Assembly: GCA_964016885.1 (NCBI GenBank)
Contig: OZ024744.1
Span: forward strand, 73,718,001-73,782,000
Source: Eledone cirrhosa
Taxonomy: Eukaryota
Length of the DNA stretch: 64,000 nucleotides
Reading direction: 5' to 3'
Both the position numbers and the translations under genes were made by a program. The notes beneath the pieces were generated by a model, which ran no database searches, was not told the DNA's origin, and saw only the letters and a list, made by a program, of their open reading frames with translations. Shown here piece by piece: positions 52,321 to 64,000 of this stretch (within the stretch, counting starts at the first letter, position 1; every line of letters starts with the position of its first letter).

Positions 52321-53451
52321 GATCTCTTTGCCACGAATATTTCCTGTTCGGTCACCATTGGAGACGGATGACATGGTCATTGTTAACACGACATGTCTGG
52401 TAGAGAAGCATATATTTTTAACATACAGCGTGTCGTGGACATATAAACCTGACAGAGCCCATTCCTATCTATGTCTAACTACAACCAATTTTTTCCAGCT
52501 AGGTGGATTGTTTTAGTCACGAACACGAGATTGTAAAAGTCCACATTAGAACGTTTTTCGTCCTGATCGGTGAATTTATCATGAAGTCGTTTGCCCAGTG
52601 GCGCTGTGTTAACACCTCACACGCAGTTTTGCTCACCAGCTGAAGATACTTTACAACTGTTTAAGGATCATTTAACATATCGTTAAAACACTCTACTTTG
52701 GTATTTCCATCGATGTTATTATTTGCTGGTCGGAAATCCTAGTGGAATGGGATAGATTTGAGCTCGGGAGGCATAGAACCGTATGTGACACTGCAAAACA
52801 TTACGCCCAATTCTTTAACAATTCCGTCAACCTACCATTCGTTTCGTGGCATGGTACTTTCTTTATCGACCCCTAAATTTGATATCGGTGGGATTTGAAC
52901 CCACAGCGCCATGTGCCATAGCAAATACTGCAGTAGTAATCCGACACTCTAACGTTTCTGCCGATCCACAGTTCATCAATCTACGAATCGCAGACTGGTA
53001 TTTTATGTATCAACCCCTAGATTTGATCTCGGCGGAATTTGAACCCAGTGCGCCGTGAACCAGAGAAAATACTGCAGTATTTAATCTGATCCGAAGCCCT
53101 AAAGATTCTGCCAATCCACAGTCTATAAATGAAGAACACATTAGAATAAGGGTTAGGGAAAAAAAAGTATATTAATGTGACAACTTTCTCATATCGTTCT
53201 TCTGTAAGATTTGTGATGTTCTTGCCAAAGTAAGCAATCAATAAATAGTAATTATATTCTGAAAACACAATGAAAACGAAATCAAGCAATAAGCAAACAA
53301 ATTTCTTGCCAATGCAGGAATTAATTAAAATATAGGTGAAGATTGAAACACACATACACAAAATACACTGACACGCAGCACATAAATACGTACACAAGCT
53401 CACACTTTACAAAAGTATCTACACAAAAACGTACAAATAAACATGCATACG

Positions 53452-53483
<32 letters not shown>

Positions 53484-53532
53484 TAGGAATGTATGCATGC
53501 ATGCATGCATGAATGCATGTATGTATGTACTC

Positions 53533-53565
<33 letters not shown>

Positions 53566-54950
53566 TGTATGTATGTATGTACTCATATATGAATGTATGT
53601 ATGTATGTACCTTTGTATGTATGTACGTATGTATGTATATTTTGGACACCCTGCGGGACAAAAAACAAAACCTGTCAAAGGGCGGAAAAACTCATAAGAG
53701 ACCACGGTCATCCGAAAGTGTGTAAATATGTATATACATATGTACATATGTATGTATATGTGTATATACATGGGTGCATGTGTGTGTATATACGCTGGGA
53801 CATAGAAATAGTCAGGCTGGACACCCGATCGCGCGGTTAAACCACTGGGAGTGAAGGACCCCTAGCCTATGTCAGGGCATTCTTCTAGGAGAAGACAACT
53901 CAGGAAACTGGGTTAACTCCGACATAAAACCTGCGGCTCAGTAGTTACCGATGATGTTTATCTTTTCTTCTTTTCGGGTTATAACTACTGTCGCTCAGAG
54001 AGTGGGATTGGCTCAGTGCACAGTCTTTCCTCACTTAAAAAAAATATCTTCACACACAGGCATTGCACGATAGAATTAATTAATAATTATTAATAATAAA
54101 GTTATATCGGGCAATGGCCATACTCAATAACGAGGGAGCAGCCATCATCATGTATGCATTATGTATGTATGTCTGTCTGAATCACTCTCTCTCTTTATAT
54201 ATATATATATACCACCCCTATCTGATATATATATATGTATATATAGATATATATAGAGTGAGAATTTCAATAAACAAAAAAAAACAGAATATATATTCAA
54301 TTCTATTATTCTATTTCAGCTAAAATTATGCAACGCGCTCAAATGAAAAAGAATCGGTGTGGTGTGTTTGCACTTAATGAAGTCAACCATGTCAGATGTT
54401 TTAATGACTCCCGAACAAAAGTATGGTGCTCTGATTTCTGATATATTAAATATTTTCAATATTTTTTCTATTCTCTTCTACTTTTGCTTGTTTCACTTAA
54501 AAGAAATTTTCGCTCTACATGGCTGAATACAATAAATGTAATCTGAGTTTTTCGAATATTAATAATAACATTCGATTCGTTTGCAATTGTGCAAACAAGC
54601 CTCATTTTTATAGCCATGTCAGTAGAATGAACTCTTCATTCTTGCTCTTGTGTTGGCATGTAAACAGAACTGCAGGCACTAATGTTTCTGGGTATCACCC
54701 TTTATAAGTACAGCTCACTGTTCACCTGCCAACTGTCAGAGCTAGTGAAAATATATGTTATTATGCAGTGACTGATCGGCCTGGTTTGTATATTAGCAGA
54801 CTGTCGGATCAGTCAGATCTGCATATTAGCAGATCCACTGATCAACCAGATTTGCATATCATTCTACTGACATGGCTATACAATTGAGGCTTGTTTGCAT
54901 AATTGCAAACGAATCGAATGTTGTCATTAATATTCGAAAAACTCAGATTA

Positions 54951-55001
<51 letters not shown>

Positions 55002-55250
55002 AAAAGTATGACCCCGACGGCAGAGCTCAAGCCGTTTCGACGGCTATTTCAGGACTCCTATTTCCCACTCTACTACCTTAAGTATTGAGTATTCTGGTGC
55101 GTTATGATCCATTGGTTCCTTACCACATTTCCTTCGTTATATATATATCCAGGGAGTGTAACGTGAAGCTACTGTAGGTTGACCCAGATGAGCACTCGAT
55201 GTTTAAATTCACATCTGTAGCGAGGTGTAGAGCTAAACAAAGTGTAAATA

Positions 55251-55443
55251 TAATAATTGTTTCTAGTTTTGGCACAAGGCCACCAATTATTCCAGTGTAT
55301 TACTGGTACGTTATTTTATCGACCCCGTAAGGATGAAAGGCAAAGATAACCTCGGCGGGATTTGAACTCAGACCATAAAGGGCTGTAACGCTTTGCAATA
55401 AAGCATGGCATCAGACCCTCTACCGATACTGCCAATCCACCGT
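55251..55443 (-). mobile_element. SINE S1 with TSD inside family B element
   Basis: AGTGTAAATATAATAAT on both sides; absent from the homologous copy at 2790. Confidence 0.9.
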
Positions 55444-55508
55444 CTTAGAGTGTAAATATAATAATAATACACGGTCAATTTGTTAAGCCTTCGTTACGTT
55501 TATTGTTT

Positions 55509-55593
55509 GGTGACGCGCGCTTCGCTATTAATCAGCTCAAGGTTCGATCTGTATTGATCAAGCCCGACTCTGGAATCAAAAACTCGTCGGACC
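55509..55593 (-). ncRNA. Decayed hammerhead-like motif (CCGACGA core)
   Basis: GGT CCGACGA gtttttga...ttaatagc GAAGC gcgc GTC ACC; GAAA is mutated to GAAG. Confidence 0.5.
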
Positions 55594-56168
55594 TCTGCTG
55601 TTGTAATGACAGAATATATATATATATTCATTTAAGTTTAGTGGTTTACCACTGGATAGAACTAGTCATTCCGTATAGTTAACCATAATGTCATAGTAGA
55701 AAAAGCACTTAACGTTACGCAACTCATCCATCTTTGATGTTGAATTCTGTGGTTGGTGCAGGAATGGAGTTAATTATCAATTTGATTAAAATAATATGAG
55801 GCCGAAGTGGTGAAGTTCACTTACAGTTTTATTTTTGCAAAAAAAAACCTAAATATATGTAAGATCTTAGTGACATCATCAGGTTCGTATCGCATAATTA
55901 GATACTCAATAAAGGAATTACGGCAAACACGAACAGAGAAAATAGAGAAAATATTTGATTCGGAGCCGCCTATGGAGATGGTCTGTGGCAACGATAAAAC
56001 CTACTTCGTAGCCCACCCCTGAATCAAATACACACACACGCACACACATACACACACACGCATACACACACACATACACACACACGCACACACACATACA
56101 CACATACACACACATACACACACACACACACATACTTTCACACAGACACACACACACACACACACTTT

Positions 56169-56202
<34 letters not shown>

Positions 56203-56710
56203 CCTTATGTTGGAGGGTTTAACAAATACATAGATCTAGCCATTTCAATTGGCAAACATGAGGCATAAGCAAAACCATTCGACGTTATACCTATCATCCC
56301 TCATAGATGTAGTATCTCATAGATTCAGGAATGGAGTTAAATACTTCAAGGAAAACAGAAGGCCGGATTCATATATATTCCTTTAATTTTTATCACAATT
56401 ACATAATACGTATTTCTTTGGCCGGCGTATATCATCAGACCATAACGCAAGGAATTTCTGATGTCATGAGATATGATGAACATAAAAGATTTCGTCCGTC
56501 GTAGTGATTGTATCGCTAACCTGTATCAGTTCTTTGTTTACAATATTTTGCTGTAACCCAGTAGGAATTATTGAACAAGATCTTTTAAATCTTTGATTTT
56601 CATTACATCAGGGTCTGATGCCATAACCCGGCTGTAGAAATACGTATTGTGTAATTGTGCTAAGGAGAAATATTTGAATACGACCTCCTATGTTGATTGA
56701 AGTATATATA

Positions 56711-56821
<111 letters not shown>

Positions 56822-56868
56822 TGTTATATTTGGGGAGGGTCATATTTGCGTAATATTGCCAGAACAAA

Positions 56869-56973
<105 letters not shown>

Positions 56974-56975
56974 CA

Positions 56976-57859
56976 CGAGGTGTGTCAGAAAAGTTCCAGG
57001 ACTGATGTCACAAAAGATTTATTTCAAACTCAAACTTCACACTAAGAGTTTTCTCTTCAAAGTAATCCCCCTGGAGTATGTAACTGTAATCTTAGCTCTC
57101 TGCAGCGATCAAACTTTTTTCATCATAATTTTATATACATGTCCTCTGTTTCAGGTCTTCAAACAATGAGAACAGAGCAACGAACAAACTTGAAGTTTCT
57201 GGTACGGTTGGGGAAAACTCCGTCAGAAGCACTGGGATTGCTGCAGCAAGTGTATGGAGATGAGACGATATCACGCTCACGTGTTTTTGAGTGGTGCAAG
57301 ATGACCCCAGGAGCGGAAGGCCCTCAACAACCAGGACTAAGGTCAACGTTGAGCGCGTCAGGCAGATGGTGCGTAGCGATCGTCGGCTGACTGTTCGACT
57401 GATGGCAAATGAACTGGGCATGAATCGGGACAGCGTCTGGAAGATTATCACTGAAGATTTGGACATGCGGAAAGTCTGCGCGAAGAAGGGGCCCAAACTA
57501 CTGAACGATAACCAGAAGGGTCGATGCATGCAAGTGTGCGAGGACATCCTCGAGCGTCTTGAAACCGAACCAGACTTGCTAGGGATAGTCATCGCCTGTG
57601 ATGAGTCATGGATCTTCGAGTACGACTCGAACGGGACCCATTTTGAAGACGTGGACGACATCAAAAAGGCCGTGACGACGGAACTGCGGAGGATCCCGGA
57701 AGAATCCTTCCAGGAGTGCATGCAAGCGTGGCAGAAAAGGATGGGAAAGTGCATTAGACTCCAGGGGGATTACTTTGAAGGAGAAAACTCTTAGTGTAAA
57801 GTTTGGGTTTGAAATAAATCTTTTGTGACATCAGTCCTGGAACTTTTGTGACACACCTC

Positions 57860-57860
<1 letters not shown>
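56976..57860 (+). mobile_element. Mariner transposon, internally deleted, about 102-bp TIRs
   Basis: TIRs at 56976-57077 and 57758-57860 (CGAGGTGTGTC...); transposase remnants EQRTNLKFLVRLGKT, DDPRSGRP, CDESW, GDYFEG; catalytic core deleted at about 57628; TA-rich target. Confidence 0.93.
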
Positions 57861-57900
<40 letters not shown>

Positions 57901-58167
57901 TAAGATAAAATAAGATTAAAAATATATAAAGACGCTCTGGAAAACATTGATCTCATACTTCCAATACATATAGCCTAATAAACTGTGTGATCAATTGATC
58001 TGTTAGACATATCAGCTAACATTTTTCTGAAGTCATATTGCCATCTTTTATTTTTTTATTTCTAGTGATCTAGGCGTAAAGACGTTTTGTCTTGCTGTAA
58101 AATTCGAGGATCATGGATGGAATGTTTTTATTATATGTGAGATTGATCAGAATTCTAGTGTGATTAA

Positions 58168-58376
58168 ATAATGGTTTCTTATATAGGCACAAGGCCAGTA
58201 ATTTGTGAAGAGTGGAAAGTCGATTAAATCGACCCCAGTGCGTGACTGGTACTTTATTTTATCGGCCCTGTAAGGATGAAATCAAAATTAACCTCTGCCG
58301 GATTTGAACTCAAATGATATAGGGCCGTAACTCTATGCTGCAAAGCATGGCGTCCGATACTCCACCGATACTGCCA
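58168..58376 (-). mobile_element. SINE S1 (long-core variant)
   Basis: Reverse complement of S1 with an extra GGGGTCGATTTAATCGACTTTCC segment. Confidence 0.85.
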
Positions 58377-58770
58377 GAGATCTCCCTGTTGGACGGGTGG
58401 AGTTGACAGGTCTGCACTAGCACCACACAATGTGAGGTAGACATTGGATACGGTAGAACAAGGTGCTTTCTGTATAGAGGAAGAATGTGATGGCCAAAAA
58501 TAAAGGCGTTTGTCGCCAGCTGTGAAAAATAAAAATACAAAACAAAAATGGCCGTAGCACAACAATCAGAAGTAAATATATAACTTTTCATTTAGATTGC
58601 TCGTAATTTGAGACAGTAACTTGCGAGGAAAACCAGGAAAATCAGTTATAAAGAAAAGTTGTATTTGTTGGGAAAGTGACTTGATTTCTTACACAGGCGC
58701 AAGGGCACATTTCTTGAAAGAAAGGAATGTATCCGATTTAATCTATTTCATTATATTAGGGACGTCTATA

Positions 58771-59545
58771 GGGTGGTGGATTGGCAGTATCGGTAGAGCG
58801 TCGCATAATATGCTTTGCGACATAGAGTTATGGTCCTTTACGCTCTGTGTCTCAAATTCCACTGAAACCGTTATATTAGAGCGGTGTGGATTGGCAGTAT
58901 CGGTTGAGCGTAGACAACGTGCTTTGCAGCATAGAGTTATAGTCCTTTACCCTCTGAGTTCAAATCTCGCCTTAGTTTGTTTAGCCTTTCATCCTTACGA
59001 GGTCGATACAATAAAGCAACAGTCACGTACCAGGGTCGGTTTAATCGACTTTCCCTCCCCAAATCTTGTTGGCCTTGTACCTAAATCAGATATCATTATA
59101 TTAGGGTGGATTGGCAGTATCAGTAGAGGGTCGGACGCCATTCTTTGCAGCATAGAATTACGGCTCTTTATGATCTGAGCTCAAATCCCGCCGAGGTTAA
59201 CTTTGCCTTTCATCCTTATTGGGACGATAAAATAAAGTACCAGTCACGCACTGGGGTCGATTTAATCGACTTTCCCCTCTTCCCAAATTAGTGGCCTTGT
59301 GCCTATATAAGAAACCATTATATTAGGGTGGATTGGCAGTATCTGTAGAGGGTCGGACACCATGCTTTGCAGCATAGCGTTACGGCCCTCTATGGTCTGA
59401 GTTCAAATCCCGTCGAGGTTAACTTTGCCTTTCATCCTTACGGGTCGACAAAATAAAGTACCAGTCACGTACAGGAGTCGATTTAATCGACTTTCCCTCC
59501 CCCAAAATTGCTGGCCTTGTGCCTATATAAGAAACTATTATATTA
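58771..59545 (+). mobile_element. Head-to-tail array of SINE S1 (one partial and three full units)
   Basis: Units begin at about 58771, 58880, 59103 and 59324, joined by TTATATTAG. Confidence 0.88.
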
Positions 59546-59561
59546 GGGTGATGTGAATATG

Positions 59562-59870
59562 CGTGGCTTACTGGGTAGGATATTCGGCTCACGCTCGGGA
59601 GATCAATTCCCGGCGGCCTGTTGTGTCATTCAGCGAGACACTTAATTTCACCTTACTCCTGTTCACTCAGCTGGCAAAAAATGAGCTGTACCGATAATTC
59701 GAAGGGCCAGCTTTGTCTCATTGTGTGTCACGCTGAATCTTCCTGAGAACTACGTTAATGACATGCGTGTCTATGGAATGCTCAGTCACTTGCACATTAA
59801 TTTAACGAGCAGGTGGTTCCGTTGGACGTATGAACTGGAACACTTATCGTCGTAACGGATGGTGTGCCAG
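59562..59870 (+). mobile_element. Second tRNA-derived SINE family (S2)
   Basis: TGGCTTACTGGGTAGG A-box-like head, TCAATTCCC B-box remnant, core TGTGTCATTCAGCGAGACACTTAATTTCAC...CACTCAGCTGGCAAAAAATGAG. Confidence 0.65.
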
Positions 59871-60662
59871 TTTATATTAGAACGGTACAATGGCAGAATC
59901 GTTAGAATATCGAACAAAATATATCGTTGCATTTAGTAATAGCGCTTCACGTTTTGGGTGTAAATATGCAAGTGTCAACATTCTTTCTTCCGGAATCGAT
60001 AAAATAATGTATCAGTAAAGCACTGTGGTTACTAGAATCGACTTCTGCCACCAAAATGCTTAGCTTGTGTTTAAACGACAAATATACATAATCACATAAT
60101 CTCATGAAAAGCCATTGACATTATATATAAATAATTGAGCAGATGAAAAGAGGAAGCTGTGGTCAGGCTGGGTTTTAGGACTTCAAAAACAAATAAATGT
60201 AGCTGTCATTTTCTGGTGCTTTAATATTTCTAACCAAAATTAACTCGAACATCGAGTTTGAGACTCGAGTGTACTAGAATTCGTAGGATAATGGGAAAAC
60301 TCAGCTGTTAAAACAGCAAAATCTCGTCAATGACGGCGTCAGGTAAAATTTACCACAAAGGATAGAAATCAGTGGCTAAACGGGAGTTTGCTCGGAGAAG
60401 TGATAGAAAGAAAGAAGAAAGGAATAAAATGGATGAGAGGAGGTCAAAACCATTTAAATACACTCATCAGCTTTTAGACCGCCTGCGGTTTCAAAGATTA
60501 AATATTTCTGTAATTTCATTATGGTATAGTAAGAATAATTGTAACTATTCCTTCATCAATAACTGAATATAACTTTTAATCAATTCAATTGAATTATAAA
60601 AAAATATATATATATTTTATAGGTTCCGATCCGTAGGATTTGAACACATTAAATATACACAC

Positions 60663-61272
60663 GGTATCGGTAGAGCGTCATACACCATGTTTTGCAGCAT
60701 AGTTATGGCCCTTTGCGTTCTGAGTTCAAATCCGCCGAGGTTAACTTTGCCTTTCATCCTTACGAGGTCGATAAAATAAAGTACCAGTGGTGCACTGGGC
60801 TAATCGCTGGCCTTGTGCCAAAAGTAGAAACTCTAGGGCGGTGGATTGGCAATATCGGTAGAGGTTCGGACACCATGCTTTGCAGCAAAGAGTTACGGCC
60901 CTTTATGGTCTAAGTTCAAATCCCGCCGAGGTTAACTTTGCCTTTCATCCTTACGGGGTCGATAAAATAATGTACCAGTAATGCACTGGGGTCGATTTAA
61001 TCGACGTTTCCCTCCTCCAAGATTGCTGGCTTTGTGTTAAAATAGGATAATTGCTGGCCTTGTGCCAAAAGTAGAATCAATTATATATACACACGAAAAT
61101 AAATACTGCAGAGCATTATGTTGTTTTCGTTACCTGAGTTCAAATCCTGCCGAGATTAGCTTTATCTTATATCCTTACGGAGCCGATAAAATAAAGTACC
61201 AGTAATGCACTGGGTCGATTTATTCGACTTTTCCCTCCTCCAAGATTGCTGGCTTTGTGTTAAAATCAGAAA
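60663..61272 (+). mobile_element. Cluster of SINE S1 copies
   Basis: Three S1 cores in tandem. Confidence 0.85.
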
Positions 61273-61657
61273 ACTTTATTTTTCTATGGGAAAAGAAGAG
61301 AAATGCTTCGTATAGAGCTCTCATAAGGATATATAGAGATTAAGTGAAGTTAAAAGGCTTCAACTATCGATTGAAACCTCGTTGCGGTCTTGCTCTGCGG
61401 CACTGACGAATTTAACAACTTTCTATATGACGTCATACGAAGACATGGTATATTAAGGTATAGTATGTTTCTGTAACTTCCGGTGAAGTCGTAGGGGGCA
61501 CCACAGTGACATACGGCGCTTCTTGCACATATTAAACCTGGCGGAGCCATCCCTCTCCAGGTTTGAACACAGCAGATGTCTCTTCTAGAAGTTTCTACAG
61601 AAGATGCCTTCTAGAGAAGGCTTGAAAGTAAGGGAGATAGAGAAAGAGAGGCGGAAA

Positions 61658-61729
<72 letters not shown>

Positions 61730-61993
61730 GAGGAAGTGAGAAAGAGAGGAAGTGAGAAAGATATATAGATGAATGATAGACTCCAGTACTAGACTGGTAC
61801 TTTCTTATAGACCTCGAAAGGACGAAAAGCAAATTTGACCTCGGTGGGATTTGAACTTACGGACCAGAGGGCCGGAACGAATACTGCAAAGTATTCTTTC
61901 CGACTATACTAATTCCTCGCAGACAAATTATCATGTTATCTTATTACAGACTTTTTAACGGTCTATTACTAACATAATCTCCCAACAAGCATT

Positions 61994-62168
61994 AGTATCG
62001 GTAGAGGGTCGGACGCCATGCTTTCCAGCATAGTTACATCCCTTTACGATCTGAGTTCAAATCCCGCCGAGGTTGACTTTGCCTTCCATCCTTACGGGGT
62101 GGATAAAATAAAGTACCAGTAATGCACTGGGTATTTGCTGGACTTGTACCTAAAGTAGAAACAATTAT
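61994..62168 (+). mobile_element. SINE S1
   Basis: S1 head, core and tail. Confidence 0.88.
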
Positions 62169-62280
62169 CTGAGAAAATTAAAGTCCAGCAGCAATTTGTC
62201 ACAATCATTTCATTCTCAATCAAGTACAACGGTGTTATTCCTTAGTTGATCACTTCAAAGGACAGACAAAAATATATATA

Positions 62281-62462
62281 CAGATAAAATTCCGTTATAA
62301 CGAATACCATTATAACGAATTTTTCAGTATAACAATTTTTTTCAATCCCCGACGAAATAACAAAGAAACGTTTGATTTGTTTCGGTCGATCTCGTTATAA
62401 AGAATTTTTCGTTACAACGAATTTTTTTTTTATAAACCGTGAATTTCGTTATTGATGTACTG
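62281..62462. mobile_element. pogo/Tigger-like MITE remnant
   Basis: TA|CAGATAAAATTCCGTTATAACGAA start with repeated palindromic CGTTATAACG motifs. Confidence 0.5.
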
Positions 62463-62464
62463 AC

Positions 62465-63315
62465 GGATCGATCGCAGTTATGAACATACGTACTGTCTCT
62501 CGAGCCATTACAGTGGAAGCTAGAGCTGTTGTAAGGCATCCCCGTCGAACCGAATCTGGGAAGCTCTCTGTCGGCACATGCGGACGACGTCATCGTGATG
62601 GTGTCGAGCATCTCGGAAATCGCGGTGATCGGTAACTAATTAGAGGAATATGAGAGGTTGACGGTAGCAAATATAAAACACGAAATAATCAGTGGGTTTG
62701 TAGCTAGGCACCTGGTAAGGCAAATCCATGCCGTTCAACAGTGTCATCGGACAATGGACAAATGAAGTTGTTCGGTCTGGCTTGAGAAGTAACTCCAGGT
62801 TGATAAGAACTGGGATGTGATAACGAGCAGGCTGGCCCCTCTCATCCAGAAATGGCCCGAGTAGGAGCTATTCCTGTAAGGTAGGACATTGGTTGTGAAC
62901 GTGTACATCGCATCCGTATGTATTCCCGCTCGACCATCATGCCTTGTCCCCGTTCATGCAGCGCCAAATTAGAACGCCTGCTCTTCAACTTCTTCCGGAT
63001 AGGACAGGTTCCATTGGTGAGGCGGTTCATCTGCTGCTAACATCCTCTACGCGAAGGGCTGGGCATGCCATGGCTGATGATGCGCAAACATGCGCTCATT
63101 CTAGAGTGCTCTTGGAGTGTCGGGTGGTTTAGGATTTGGAAGGATATCGTCTTCCCCATTGCGGATTTTTCATTACTATGCATTTTGTTGTTTATTGTTA
63201 ACTGTTATTTATATATTTTACTCAATTTCTATGTAAACCTCACTATCCCTGTTCTTTCTATTGTCCCCTATTTGGCCCATGTGTCAAATAAAAATAAATA
63301 ATAATAATAATAAAA
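62465..63315 (+). mobile_element. Decayed Tx1-clade fragment (T10)
   Basis: HADD (YADD-derived), GLGMPWLMMRKHAL, 3' UTR and AAT-rich tail. Confidence 0.8.
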
Positions 63316-63559
63316 ATATGGGTAATTGCTGGCCTTGTGCCAAAAGTAGAAACAATTATTATTAGCAGTATCAGTAGAGCGTTGGACAACATGTTTTGCG
63401 ACATGTAGTTACGGCCCTTTCCGTTTATATACCGACGAGGTTAGTTTGCCTTTCATCTTGACGGAGTCAATAAAATAAAGCACCAGTAATTTTCTGGGGT
63501 CAATTTAATCATCTTTCCAGTCTCCAAAATTTGCTGGCCTTGTGCTTAAATCAGACACA

Positions 63560-64000
63560 ATTATTATTATTATTGTTATTCTTCTTATTATCATTTTTGT
63601 TATTATTATTATTATTACAGTTGCATTTATCTTGCTTTATGTTCATACGAGTTATCACCAAGTCACAACCAGTGACCTCAAGAGACAACAAGGTCCGCCA
63701 TGTTCAAGAAAGATCATACATACTCACACATGCATATTTAGTGTTTAGACTTGTGATGTACTTATATTGACAGAATCTTCCTTAGTATATGGGCAGTTCA
63801 TATTAGTACTATTTTTTGTATTTCTCCTATACGCGGGTTTCCTGGCATTTGCGATAAGTAATCATTAGACCCCTTAGGTATCATTCCCAGAGCGCCTACA
63901 AACACTGGTATTGTTTTAGTTCCCAATTTCTATCTCCAGGTCCTTATACTTGCTCAATTTTTCAAATGTTTTTATAGATACATTCTTGTCTATTGGAACG
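63560..64000 (-). mobile_element. 3' end of a second R4/Dong-clade copy (runs off the window)
   Basis: Near-identical to 18291-18747 with a 17-bp deletion between CAATTTC repeats. Confidence 0.92.

Larger units (their letters stand above)
54998..55615. mobile_element. Adjacent family A (54998-55140) and family B (55147-55615) small elements
   Basis: Homologous to 3033-3250 and 2692-3020; B is interrupted by a SINE. Confidence 0.7.

Noticed and set aside
56400-56442. Minus-strand CTGATGA...GAAATACGTA
   Set aside because: No stem I or stem II complementarity.
58771-59545. CRISPR-like array
   Set aside because: Repeats are about 220-bp SINE units without unique spacers, in a eukaryotic context.

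Overview
Eukaryotic, AT-rich, microsatellite-saturated DNA. The SINE families and repeat density suggest a cephalopod/octopus-like genome (inference). No host protein-coding gene could be identified, and most ORFs in the track are microsatellite artefacts. The window contains: (i) about ten decayed Tx1-clade (L1-like) non-LTR retrotransposon copies of several subfamilies, many stacked head-to-tail at (ATT)n tracts; (ii) a near full-length R4/Dong-clade RT+RLE element inserted in a Tx1 (ATT)n tail, plus a second partial copy; (iii) many tRNA-derived SINEs whose 3' tail resembles the Tx1 3' end; (iv) an internally deleted mariner, MITE remnants, an RTE endonuclease remnant and a U6 pseudogene. 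The most notable signal is nine hammerhead-ribozyme motifs from about six small non-coding element families (seven motifs in the first 12.5 kb). They sit between (TA)n tracts, and several have Penelope-like inverted/direct terminal repeats. Three families share a non-canonical CCGANGA core, two have large stem II insertions, and one lies directly downstream of the U6 copy.
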